Part shown: in pieces, positions 1 to 14,036 of the stretch
How the letters are laid out: each line of letters opens with the position of its first letter
How positions within the stretch are numbered: the stretch's first letter is position 1
Source: Octopus vulgaris
Lineage: Eukaryota
DNA length: 64,000 bases
Assembly: GCA_951406725.2 (NCBI GenBank)
Contig: OX597817.1
Location: 135,966,001-136,030,000, forward strand
Direction of reading: 5' to 3'
The notes under the pieces: model-generated
What the model was told of the DNA's origin: nothing
Databases searched by the model: none
The model's input: the letters and a program-made list of their open reading frames with translations, nothing else
Made by a program: the position numbers and the translations under genes

Positions 1-362
1 CCCAGATTTTGACAAGTGCTTGTCGTTTCTCTGTTTCGGATATCACTCTGTCTTCCTCGATCTCTCTCCTTCCTTCCCTCCACTTTCCCTCTATAACGAC
101 ATTTGATAGCTTCCACTTTCATTCCCACTCCGCCTTCGCCGTGTCTCTGTCAATCTTTCTCCCACCACCTCTCTCACTGTACGTCTATCTGTATCTATAG
201 AGAAAGCGTTGACAGCCGCAAAAGTTTAAATATTCCCGACACATGTCTTTTAGAATGGTGAATTATCGCCTTCCACCATCGCACAATCATAGTAGATATT
301 ATTAATCAGATATATTGTGTTAATTTATATATATATATATGTGTATATAATATATATATATA

Positions 363-473
<111 letters not shown>

Positions 474-502
474 GTGTGTGTGTGCGTATATAATCATCAA
501 TA

Positions 503-1222
503 TCTATAAAGCTGAAATGCGAAAAAGCTGTTTGATTTCTTGGTTGTCCAATTTTGGGATGAGAACGGTTTAGATGGGGTCGGATTGGTACCAAAATTTA
601 CACTGAGGGGTAAAATGGGGTGGACAATGGTGTGAGGTGGGTTGCAATTCGCTCGGGGCTACCGTTTGGTTGCCATGCTGAGGAATATGGGAAAAATTGA
701 GTTTTATGTGATAGACAGGTTGCGCTATTTGAAAAACGGTGGCTTTTCGTATTGCTGCAGGGGCTAGAGGTGGTTATCTTTAATTGTGAGTGTAAAAATT
801 TGGGGTGGGGGGTGGAAAGGGGGGTAAAATTTTTCAACTTATAAAAAGAGTACATTTTTGCCCTATTTTTAGATATAATTTTTTTCTGTTTGCATTATTT
901 GGTTGACATAAGTAAAAATGGCATTGTGTTAAAGACCAAAATTTTAGCTTTCATTTGCATCATGAACCGTCAAAATATACCGGAAAAAAGTATCAAATTT
1001 CACAAAATTTTAAGTAATTTTGAATTATTTTTGTGATTTTACGTGCACACGTAAGAGAAAGCGAGGGAGAGTCCGAGAGAGAGGAAGAGTAAGAGAGCGG
1101 GAAAGTGAGAGAGAAAGGAGAAAGAAACAAAGGAAGAAAGTGGTGAAAAGAATCAGAAAGGAAGCAACAGAAAGTAACAACCACACCCTCACCCGCGCGT
1201 AGAGCGGGTCACCATAATCTAG
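503..1222 (+). mobile_element. Non-autonomous Helitron
   Basis: 5' A|TCTATAAAGCTG start; 3' hairpin ACCCGC-N7-GCGGGT (1191-1209) followed by CTAG|T at 1219-1223; non-coding interior. Confidence 0.7.
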
Positions 1223-1249
1223 TATGCTAGAAAGAGGATCTAATCGGCA

Positions 1250-1455
1250 TGATTGATCGTTAGCCACTACACAAATTTTTTTCTCTCCTTTCTTTTCTCT
1301 CCTTTTTTCTCTCCTTGTTTTTTCTGTGTCCCTTTTCTGTAGAAGAGCGTAGGATCGAAACGTAAAATACTTTTTCTATTCCTGAGCGTTATACTAATAC
1401 ATCTGTTTGTTTTGTACACCACCTGTCTTCGTCTTTGGTTTTTTTCGTAAACTCT

Positions 1456-1458
<3 letters not shown>
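1250..1458 (+). mobile_element. Short PLE-type non-autonomous element (family A) ending in (TA)n, hammerhead-bearing
   Basis: Reverse complement of 63416-63603; its terminal ~50 bp is also seen inverted at 11523-11570; contains a CTGTAGA...GAAACGTA motif. Confidence 0.6.
1333..1368 (+). ncRNA. Minimal type-I hammerhead-like motif (A6U variant, stem II mismatch)
   Basis: ttt CTGTAGA a GAGC gtag GATC GAAA CG TA aaa. Confidence 0.55.
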
Positions 1459-1538
<80 letters not shown>

Positions 1539-1550
1539 TGTGCGTGTGTG

Positions 1551-1596
<46 letters not shown>

Positions 1597-1828
1597 TATA
1601 CATATATACGTATGGCTAAAATTCCCCCTGTCTATTATTATACCATGTTATATATATATATTATATCATACCTAACATCTACTTTGACATGCCGCTGTTA
1701 TTTTTAGGGTGTTAAACACTTTCGGTACGCAAATTGGAGACTCCTTTATGGAGTAACTGCTGCATTTGTTGAGTATATAAACAGTTGGGATGCTTGTTTG
1801 CCTGGAGACAGTCAAAAATATGTAGACG

Positions 1829-1869
1829 CCTCTGAGGAGAACCCAATAAGGTTCGACAATCGATTAAGG
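1829..1869 (+). ncRNA. Degenerate minimal hammerhead motif
   Basis: cct CTGAGGA GAACC caataa GGTTC GACA ATCGAT TA agg; stems I and II perfect, palindromic stem III, GAAA changed to GACA. Confidence 0.6.
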
Positions 1870-1930
1870 TTGTTCATCGTTTTTCTCAGTCAGCGGAGAA
1901 ATGGCTAAAATTGTCATTCATAATTATACC

Positions 1931-1979
<49 letters not shown>

Positions 1980-2040
1980 GGAAATAGTGGCGCAACACAT
2001 TACCAATATTTGCTGGAAATAGCAGACAATAACCGTTCAA

Positions 2041-2076
<36 letters not shown>

Positions 2077-2452
2077 TTATAAAATGAGATAGGGGTTGAA
2101 AATTCAACCCACCATGGGATAATATATATCCAATATACTGCTAGATAGGTACCCAACAAAATTAATACATAGATGTTAAAAATTGTCAAGCAATCAGTTC
2201 ATCTATTGTATTAAATGGGTAAAGGTAATAATATTACCGTAAATTAATACTACAAAATTAGAGAATGGAGAAACATACTTAAATCAGTAAAACATCAACT
2301 ATCCGATGATACTCAATCCATACTTTAATACACCATTACATATGAGTAAAGGCAATATATAAAAGGAAATGAGATATACAGTAATAGTAAAAGTAAAAAG
2401 ATAAAGAGATATAAGTAAAAAATTTCAAATATAATATGCAAATAAATCAAAA

Positions 2453-2560
2453 CTGACAGCTGTTTCGGCAGTGAGGACAGTCATACCTCATTTAACCTAT
2501 AAGCCATAAAGGCAGGTATAAATGAGGCATTAACAAGGATGCCCCACGGCCTCTTCAGAG
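2453..2560 (-). ncRNA. Type-I hammerhead ribozyme with extended stem II (pLTR copy 1)
   Basis: Reverse complement of 5090-5197. Confidence 0.7.
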
Positions 2561-2900
2561 AATTAAATTAAATTTGTTATAATAGTGAAAAATATTATAT
2601 AATCATATACATATAAATATAAAAATATAAAAATGTAAAATATAAAAACTTATACATCATAATGCTACACTTATATAATATAATACACATTTGTACAAAA
2701 AGGAAGGTAAACAGAACAAAATAAAACAAAATATATAACAGTGTATATATTAATATTAATAAGTACCGATATTATACATATTTGGCTAATAGTTTTTTTT
2801 ATAAAAAAAAGGGCTAACACATATGGAGATGAAAAATAATAATTAAATCCGTGGTACAGTTCATAAAATTCTAAAGCTATAAAAGTTAATAAAAATTACT

Positions 2901-2959
<59 letters not shown>

Positions 2960-4695
2960 TAATAATAATAAAAAATACTAAAAATAGATACAGTTAAGTT
3001 AGCACCAAGTCCATCCTTTCAAGATCGAAATAACTATGAGTTAAGAAATGCTGACCACTAGGTAAAGAAAATTTAGATTAATTCGATTGGCTATTGGTTT
3101 GAAATTTAAATCACAAAAGAAAATTATACGGTTGGTTAGTCAAGGAACGCCAATATTCACACACGCATCTACAGATCAATCGCACATACACACATAGTTA
3201 TATGTATATACATACACTTATACACATACATATTCACAAGCAACAACTAGCACTTAGATAAACAAAAAAGGGGAAGCAACTATGCTAACATTTAGTCCTT
3301 CAAAATTATAACTGAGCCTCAATAACAAAAAAAGAACCATCCATGCATTCTATAAAATATTTAATTTAGATATAAATATATTTTTAAATATCAGTATGTT
3401 ACTAATTCAGATAATTATTTCATGGGTAACTTAAAATTTATAACACCGGTTTGTTACAGAGTAAACATACGGTTGTTAGGTTTATCGTAAGTTTGTTATG
3501 ATTTTAAGTACGCTAAATTATAAAATATAAACTATAAGATATATATTAATTTAAATATTATAAATAAGTCACTTATTAACTTAATAAATATAGTGCCATA
3601 ATATACCAGTTTAGGCATTAAAGAATAGAAGGAGAAGTATTAATGTAAACGTTTATGAGAACATCACAGAAATTTTAAATAAATTTTATATTATAAAGAC
3701 TTAAGATGAAAAGAGATAAAATAAATAAAAAGGAATAAATACGAAGGAATAAATACGGTTATACACATAATTATAAGTACAAACTAGTATATATGTATTC
3801 ATATATTATTAAAATTAAATAAAAGTAAATGATAGATATGTATGTATAAAACTACACCAGTATAAGTAAATAAGTAAAAAATAAATAGGTAACAAATTAG
3901 ATGACTTGATATGTATGTAAACATCTACACTTAAATAGGCAAATAAATAAATGAATAGAAGACTAGATGCAAAGATTGATAATATTACAATAAAATGGGA
4001 AATAAATAAAAATAAATAAAGTGAATATATATATTTTATATTGTTGAAAGTAAATATGTATGGAAGGATAGTTTAAAGTACAAATCCAGAGGACTATAGA
4101 TATAAACTAAATATATGAGGCTGGTAATAATTATAAAGCAAAATGCATGTAAATGAGAAAATGAAAAAAAAAAATGAAAAAGGTTTATCAGTGAATAGCA
4201 TAAGATACAAATTAAGGTGAGTACAAAAAGACCAAATATATAATAAAAACCTTCCAAATAAACACATACAAAAAACCTATAATCTCAACCTAAACCCACC
4301 AAACTCACAAAAGGCTCTCATATATTACATATTATACAATATCATTACATTATCTAGAGCTAGGTATCTAACCAAGATATACATATATACTATGCAATAT
4401 ACTATGCAATATTGGAAAACTTCAAAAATCACACATTACAAGGCAAATACCAAAATGAATATGTTATTTTATGTCATATTGCATTTCTCTTAAAAAAAAC
4501 AAACAAAAACCCACATACAAAAACCAAGAAACCAATAATACTAGACACAATCCATTAATTATTATACAAATGTAGCTATAAAAATTATAAAATTATGAAA
4601 TTTATAAATTGTATACTTTAGAATTATAGAAGACCACAGGTATATTTAGTTAAAGAAGGGAATTAAAAAATTAATGATAGTGGAAGTGCTAAGTT

Positions 4696-4782
4696 CTATT
4701 TGAATCTAGAAAAGGTGAACGGTAGCCTATGAATACAAAAGAAGTTTTTCTCAGTAATGTTGTTAATAATTTGCCGACCCGC
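4696..4782 (-). pseudogene. C-terminal 28 codons of a Penelope-like ORF
   Basis: AGRQIINNITEKNFFCIHRLPFTFSRFK* resembles the LN...C.H...F tail after the PLE GIY-YIG domain, and the CIHR..F...FK end of the 55690-56060 fragment. Confidence 0.6.
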
Positions 4783-5089
4783 TTTATGAACTGTACCACG
4801 GATTTAATTATTATTTTTCATCTCCATATGTGTTAGCCCTTTTTTTTATAAAAAAAACTATTAGCCAAATATGTATAATATCGGTACTTATTAATATTAA
4901 TATATACACTGTTATATATTTTGTTTTATTTTGTTCTGTTTACCTTCCTTTTTGTACAAATGTGTATTATATTATATAAGTGTAGCATTATGATGTATAA
5001 GTTTTTATATTTTACATTTTTATATTTTTATATTTATATGTATATGATTATATAATATTTTTCACTATTATAACAAATTTAATTTAATT

Positions 5090-5197
5090 CTCTGAAGAGG
5101 CCGTGGGGCATCCTTGTTAATGCCTCATTTATACCTGCCTTTATGGCTTATAGGTTAAATGAGGTATGACTGTCCTCACTGCCGAAACAGCTGTCAG
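5090..5197 (+). ncRNA. Type-I hammerhead ribozyme with extended stem II (pLTR copy 2)
   Basis: ct CTGAAGA GGC...(long helix, e.g. ATGCCTCATTTA/TAAATGAGGTAT)...GCC GAAA CAGCTG TC ag; intact core, palindromic stem III. Confidence 0.7.
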
Positions 5198-6073
5198 TTT
5201 TGATTTATTTGCATATTATATTTGAAATTTTTTACTTATATCTCTTTATCTTTTTACTTTTACTATTACTGTATATCTCATTTCATTTTATATATTGCCT
5301 TTACTCATATGTAATGGTGTATTAAAGTATGGATTGAGTATCATCGGATAGTTGATGTTTTACTGATTTAAGTATGTTTCTCCATTCTCTAATTTTGTAG
5401 TATATATATATATATATATATATATGCAGTATAATAATGTATACGTTATCAATTATACATTATAGTTGATGTCTGTGTGTTGTTAAACGCTTGCAGCTGT
5501 GGTATTTCGTCTGGAAGAGATCCCTTTAAAGACGTAGAGTGTTAAAGAACGCTGTATATTTCAAAGTAAAGCAAAATGACTGACCCCGGGGATGGCGGGA
5601 TGAATGAGAACGACTGATATCGCCATTCCCAGTGGTCTTCCAACACGCCAGATACCAACCCGTAATTTCTGAGGGCGCCTGCAATTGCTAGATAGGTGTT
5701 GGAAATACACTTGGTTCATCCGTCCTTTTGACAAGCCTTGGTTTCTGTCCTGCTCACTTTCTAGCAACCCTCCTCACCAGGCAAGTCTGGTGAGGGTGCT
5801 GATCTAGTAACTGACGACCCAAATATTTATTAGGCTGTACTGGATTCAACGTTACAAGTAGTATTCATGAGAGACTTCACAAGTGACCTGACACATACAC
5901 ACATACATAGGTACACAAACATACATGCATTAACATACATACACACACTTACATACACATACAAAAGTTTGTTGAAGGTAGAGGAGAGTTAAAAATGTAA
6001 TTTTAGCAGAGGGGTGATGTTCTGATCATGAGATTAAAGAACGGCACAGAGAGAACGAGAGAGAAAGGAAAGA

Positions 6074-6109
<36 letters not shown>

Positions 6110-6359
6110 GATGGTGGTGGAGATAGAGGTGGTAGTGGTGGTGACTGGATAGAAAAAGTGTATTTTTTATAATTAAACTAATTTTTTATATCATATCACT
6201 TATCACGCATAAGTGCACTTCCGTTACATAACCACGCTTATTTACGTAGCAGACATATGCAATTTAACTAAAGGTTGTATATTATGTACGGGATTTTTTG
6301 TTTGTTTATGGAAAAAAATGGGAAAAAATAAGAGTGAATATTTATTTTATGAGTGCTGG

Positions 6360-6567
6360 GTATTAAGTCTATAAAACTGTGCATAAAATATATAAAGTGC
6401 ATTAAGTAATCATCGTATTCCAATTTCTTTCCCCTTTCAATGAGTAGCAGATGAGCGACTATTTTTCCATACAGACACAACACAGGCTACGCATTCAGGT
6501 TTTTTTTTTTATAAAGTTTTCAGAAATAACCCAATAAGTTTACTATTAATTCCGTGAAATATTCACG
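6360..6567 (+). mobile_element. Helitron 3' fragment (same family as 39046-39269)
   Basis: Similar to the reverse complement of 39055-39269, ending at hairpin CGTGAA-AT-ATTCACG; terminal CTAG lost. Confidence 0.6.
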
Positions 6568-7035
6568 TATTATTATTGGAGCAACATGGTTCATACCAAC
6601 CCGTATGGAGCAAAGTATGGCTGAACTAGGGGTCTTGTGGGGAGAACGCAATTGCTTAATTCATATACTACAAATGATTACGATATCGAGGACTATAAAA
6701 ATCTGCAAGACTTTCTTAAGATTTAAAGGATGATGAACAAAACAAGACGCCTTTCTTTCGAACCTTACTACCAAACAGGGGCCGGTTAAATCTAGTCCAA
6801 ATTACAAAGAGAGGGAGAGAGAACATATATCCATACATGCAGACATTACACGTACAAAGATTTTATATGATGGCGCATAGAAACAGACAAACATACAGTC
6901 GGATAGAACACGCGTGGTTCAGTGAGAGTATGGGTTGTTGAGTGAGAAAGCTAATTTATTAGATAGTAAATAAGTAGAAAGAATTTGGCGGTTCGCATCC
7001 TAGTACCAGCACACCAACGCTTCTCTTGCCAGGAC

Positions 7036-7169
7036 ATAAAACTTTTGGACTACCCTTATCTGTATAAAACTATTCGACTACCTTTATCTGTATAAAACCC
7101 TTAAACTACCCTTATCTGTGTAAAACTATTCGACTATCCTTATCTGTATAAAACTATTCGACTACCCTT
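7036..7169. repeat. 28-bp minisatellite, ~4.8 copies
   Basis: Unit ATAAAACTATTCGACTACCCTTATCTGT starting at 7036, 7064, 7092, 7120, 7148. Confidence 0.95.
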
Positions 7170-7310
7170 CTTGTTTTCAGGAATAGGGTGAACGAGCCGA
7201 GAGCAGACAATCCTCTCTTTTATTCTTGTCTCAGCTTGCAATGGTGGGGGGGCTAGGTGTTCAACTCTACTTGACCGGTGTAGTCAGTTGAGGTAACCTA
7301 GAGTGTACAT

Positions 7311-7382
<72 letters not shown>

Positions 7383-8649
7383 AAATCCACAAAGGGATGG
7401 AGGTTACCAATAAGTTGATTCCATAAACACGGTTCGGTGTCTATAAACAGGTTCATAAAGAGACGGGGTCTACCGAAATAGACAGCCGCCATGAAAGGTA
7501 TTTCACCGAGAGAGATGCTGGCTAGCAAAAGAGACAGACCATCTAAATTAACAGAAGCTGGATGCACCTGCAGAAAGGTTGTGCTCACTCGACCAGTCAT
7601 GCGACAATTGACGTACAACTTACTTGTTTTATAAATAACAAATTGCGTCAGGAGGCATAAACTGTATTGAAATGGCTGAAAGCAGATTTCAGCACATGTA
7701 CTTAAACTCATCATCTTTCGTATACAGTGAGAAGGGATAAAGCATCAACATTATCCAGTTTAACTGACTTTGACATAAAGTTACCAATCCTTGAGTGGAG
7801 CAGACAATACAATAAAACGTGCAACTTATATACAGCTGACAAAAATTTAAAGACTTCGGCAACCATCTAAACACAAAATCGAGATTGATTTATGAAATGC
7901 TGCAACATGTTGGGAGAAATAGATTTTTTTAAGACATAAGTGATTCTTGGTGTGTGTCGTACTCTAGTAAATTGCATGAGACCTGGTTTGGTCTCAAAGT
8001 AAATAGGATCTGAAATAAGACTGCCCGCGGGAAGGTCAGCCTCATTCTGAATTAAACGGGGAGTAAGTAGTCGTTGAAGGGTTGAGCAGATGTAGGGACC
8101 ACATAAATCACCTCCATTATATATTATCACTTAATATTTTGTACCAAACTTTGAACGGCCAATTTGAATCAACTGTCCTTTCATTTTCAGTAAAAGAGAG
8201 GTATTTCACTGGCCAGAGCATCCATTAGCTGCCAACACCAGGCCCCCCAAAAAATATTGGCTCCCTGACATCTGGAAGTCTGTCAGGTGTTTTCGGGTCG
8301 TGGTGAGAAAAAACGACGCAATTCTTGGAGAGATTCTAATTGTCGATGAACAATTTATTTCCGGAAGATTTCCAATCTGGGGTCTATAGACAATTTTCAG
8401 AAATCCCTGACTGGATATCCGGTGAAACTTAAACAAGAACGGAAGCAGCGTCATCTATGCCAAACTGAAATGCATGTCAATTAGTATAGCCAGCCTTTCA
8501 ATACGGCTGACATGTGCTGTCAGGTGAAACGGCTGTGACTGTATTTAAAACGGAGCCAAAACCTTCGTGAGGGTCACCTCTCTGCTTTCTTTAGTTGTTT
8601 TTGCTGTTGTTGTTATTGTTGATGTTGCTGTTATTGTAATTGTAGTTTA

Positions 8650-8860
8650 AGGTTGCGAGCAGGCAGAATCGATAGTACGCCGGACAAAATGCTTAGTGGC
8701 ATTTCGTCCGTTTTTATATTCTGAGTTCAAATTCCACCGATGTCGAATTTGCCTTTCATCTTTTCGGGGTCGATAAAAGAAGTACCAGTTCAATACTGGG
8801 GTCCATGTAATCGACTACCTCCCCACCTCCACCAAATTTCGGGCTTTACTTCTATAACAG
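8650..8860 (+). mobile_element. tRNA-derived SINE (family S1)
   Basis: GAGTTCAAATTCC B-box-like motif and TTTGCCTTTCATC..TTCGGGGTCGAT core; other copies near 26080-26260(+), 32440-32665(-), 34018-34160(+), 52110-52305(+), 60770-60950(-). Confidence 0.8.
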
Positions 8861-9129
8861 AGAGTATTGTTATTATAGTTATTATTGCTTTTCATATCGT
8901 TATTGCGAATTCGCTATTATTATTGTTGTTGTTGTTGTTAATATTGTTGTCCTTGATAAATATTATTATTGTTGTTAATATTGTTCTCATTACTATTATC
9001 AATGATGTTGCTGTTATCATTGTGGTTGGTGATGCTATTTGTGTTGTTTTTAAAATTGATGATAAAACAACAACAACAACAACAATAATTCTTAATCGTT
9101 GTTATTGTTGCTCTATTCAGTTGCTTTAG

Positions 9130-10870
<1,741 letters not shown>

Positions 10871-11489
10871 CACAGAATAAGGATGGATAGAAGCAAGTGG
10901 CAAACCCTACGTTGAGTTTTCCTTTCAGCCCAATAAAATTGATCCCAGTCATTCACGGGGGTCAATTTATTCGACTGTATAAATGTGCCAGATTCTATCC
11001 CCCCCACCCAAAATACCCCCCAGAGATTCTGTTGCCATACCAACGCTGTCGCACACAAGTCTTTTACGTCGCTCCTATTCAACCCCATGGGTGTCGCTTT
11101 ACCCGCTAGAAACAGCAGCTAACTTCCGATCACTCTGTGCGATACTTTCAGACTTTACCTTCTGGAAACGCAAATGAAGGTAACAACATCAAACCTCATC
11201 ATTCATCAAATGTCACAAAACAGAAGATGTTTCAAGTAATAAAAGTGTAGCACAACTAATGGCTCCAGCATGACCGTAACTAGATTAAGAGTAAAGAGTA
11301 TACATATATAAATACACACACACATACATACATACATATGAACACATTTTACATTTTACATATATTTACATATATTTACATATATATATATATATATAAA
11401 TACACACGGACACACGCACATATATATACACACATATATACATCCGCACACAAAAACGCAGACACACACGCATATATATATATATATGC

Positions 11490-11521
<32 letters not shown>

Positions 11522-11600
11522 ATAGGGAGAATTCACAGAAAAAACAAAAGACGAAGACAGGTGGTGTAGACAAACTATTGCTTAAACATCTTCTCACACC

Positions 11601-11648
11601 GTCTCCGCTGAAGGGATGTATAAAATATCCCGGAAACAGCTGTAAGAC
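11601..11648 (+). ncRNA. Degenerate minimal hammerhead motif
   Basis: gtct CCGCTGA a GGGAT gtataaaat ATCCC g GAAA CAGCTG TA agac; stems I and II perfect, core mutated. Confidence 0.6.
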
Positions 11649-11886
11649 CTGCTCTTTATAAATGTTCTGGAATTTTTCACTGCCTCCTATCTTTATCTCA
11701 TTCTGTTAATTTTTTATATATACGCATACTGATGTATGACCTACGTTAGACTCCTCATTAGCATAATCACCGAACCTGGAGCTTAACTATAGTCTATCCA
11801 TAGCACTTACTCAACATTACCTGACATCTTTGGGTCTTCTTGACGCCATTACCTCTCATCTCTCATAACCTCAATATATATATATT

Positions 11887-11928
<42 letters not shown>

Positions 11929-11929
11929 C

Positions 11930-11960
<31 letters not shown>

Positions 11961-12661
11961 CGTATGTATATGTATGTATATATATATATATATATGTATG
12001 TGTGAAAAGTGCACAGATCACCAAAGGACTCAATACATTATCAATATAGCGTGTATATTTATTTTGTTTCTGATATTATTCTTTCCTATCACGATTAGTT
12101 CAGTATGACCTTCTGAAGAGAAATATTACTCTGAACTGAAATAATTCGATTGTCGTAATGTCAAAATCCTCCATAAATGCATAAAAATTGCAGCAGAGCT
12201 GATGAGGAGTAAATATTCCTATAAAATGTCTTACGAGTAGTCGTCTATATACTTGCGTATTCTCACTCCTCCTCCTCAGCCATAATTTGAACCATCGTAG
12301 CCGACATAAGTAGAGGAAACGCCAGTTTATCATCTGATCGCACATGCAGAGCAAGATATGGTTTTAATGAGAAATTATTGTCTATGGAGCATCATCCGTC
12401 CTGAAAGAGTGTCAGGAAGAGAAAAGTAACCTGTTTCAATACTAACATAACGAAGAACTTCTAGCCAATAATTAACCAGCACTTCAAAGACTTATGTAAA
12501 TGCTATAAATGCTATGTTGTATGGTAGCTGGGTCCACTAGAAGAGCTTTCTGTGATTGCCACAGGATTCCATGAATCTGTATATTGCACTACAAATTTAT
12601 ATAGTTATATGTGTGTATGTACATAACGGATGCGTAAATATTTGTACATGTGTGTGTGTGC

Positions 12662-12703
<42 letters not shown>

Positions 12704-13479
12704 ATATATATGTGTGTGTGTGTATGTTTGTACGTATGTATGTATGTATGTATGTATGTATGTATGTATGTATGTATGTATGTATGTATGTATGTATGTA
12801 TGTACGTATGTAGGCTTGTATGAAAAGGTGTTGCCTGCATGTATGTAAAAGTGTATTCTCTACATCAAACCATTTAAAAGAAATTTCGAATTCGTGGCTG
12901 TGGTTAACCTGGAAGACAGAAGGAGGAAATATTGAGCACACGCCATTGGCACACAATTTTCAATGCCAGATTTTATAATACTGCATGGCTTTCTGGCAAA
13001 CTCTTCAAATGTATATATGTAGGACACTCGAACATACACAAACACACGAACACACATGAATACACGAACACACAAATACAGAAACACATATTTGAGCGAT
13101 AGAAAGAAAGAGAGATAAAGAGAAAGAGAGGAGGAGAGAAGAAATTAGGTACAAATGATGAAGACATATAACAGATGGAGCAAACAAAATCGCCCCTTCG
13201 TTAGCTGCCTGTCAACGAAACGTTGCTGTTTCGACAACTTATTCAGTGATTCTGTCTCCACTTGTTTCTTCTTAGCCAAATCCAGTTATTTATTGCTTCT
13301 CTTTGACTTATTGTTGTCTTGTCTCTATCAGTCGATTACATTATCGTATCGTTTTCTTAGTATTGTTGTTGTTGTTATTATTATTATTGTTATCCTCCTC
13401 CGTCTCCATTTCCTCCTCCTCCTCCTTCTCATCATCATCACCGTCATTATTGTTGTTACTATGATGTTATAATTATCAT

Positions 13480-13790
13480 TATTGTTATTATTTTTATTGT
13501 TATTCTTTTTATCTCGGGTTTTGTTGTAACTCCTGCGCTCTTGCATGTGTAGCGGGCTTGCTGCTTACAACCAACGGTACCATGCTATCTGTTCCTTTCA
13601 ACTGTCTAATAATTTCCTGATTATTCTGACCGTACCAAGGAGGCAAACCTTTTGTAACAATTCTACTGGGCACTCTCTTCCAATTTCCTTTATATTCCTC
13701 TTGCTGACTTCTTATACTGTTCCCCAAAGACCCAACAATAATTGAAACTCTCTTCACCTTCTTCATTTTCCATAGCCGGACTATTTCGTA
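13480..13790 (-). mobile_element. R4/Dong-type non-LTR 3' fragment
   Basis: MKKVKRVSIIVGSLG then, frameshifted, ELLQKVCLLGTVRIIRKLL; 3' end runs into TAA repeats. Confidence 0.7.
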
Positions 13791-13801
13791 CTTAAGAGTA
13801 T

Positions 13802-14036
13802 TGTATAGCTTTATTTAAACTATACACACAAAAAAATTAACGGAGACCCAGATTGTGTTAACGAAAGATTTGTTCAGTTAAACACATGAGAACGACATCC
13901 GCTAGTTAACTCCTGCTAGAATAGAAAGCCCCCTTAACCGGAAGTCAACTTCGTCGCAGACCAGCTCCCTAGCTAACCAGCAGCGAAGTTCTTGTCTGCA
14001 GTTCGTCTGTCATAAATCCTTGTGCAGTGCCCTACA
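13802..14036 (-). mobile_element. 3' LTR of the Gypsy element
   Basis: TGTA...TACA termini on the minus strand, AATAAA near its end, preceded by purine-rich PPT GGGGGTTGGGGAGCGATA just after the integrase stop. Confidence 0.65.

Larger units (their letters stand above)
2076..5403 (-). mobile_element. 5'-truncated Penelope-like retroelement with inverted pseudo-LTRs, inserted in (TA)n
   Basis: 621-bp inverted repeat 2247-2867 / 4783-5403 (one mismatch noticed), each arm with a hammerhead; ORF C-terminus at 4696-4782; (TA)n on both sides. Confidence 0.8.

Noticed and set aside
5560-5895. Possible HDV-like ribozyme around hairpin CCTCACCAG/CTGGTGAGG
   Set aside because: Could not assign P1, P3 and P1.1 in the canonical order
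7036-7169. CRISPR-like 28-bp repeats
   Set aside because: Contiguous tandem units with no spacers, no cas genes, eukaryotic context
12110-12245. CTGAAGA and CTGATGA-GGAGT-loop-ATTCC hammerhead candidates
   Set aside because: No properly placed GAAA and NUH with stem I; too degenerate
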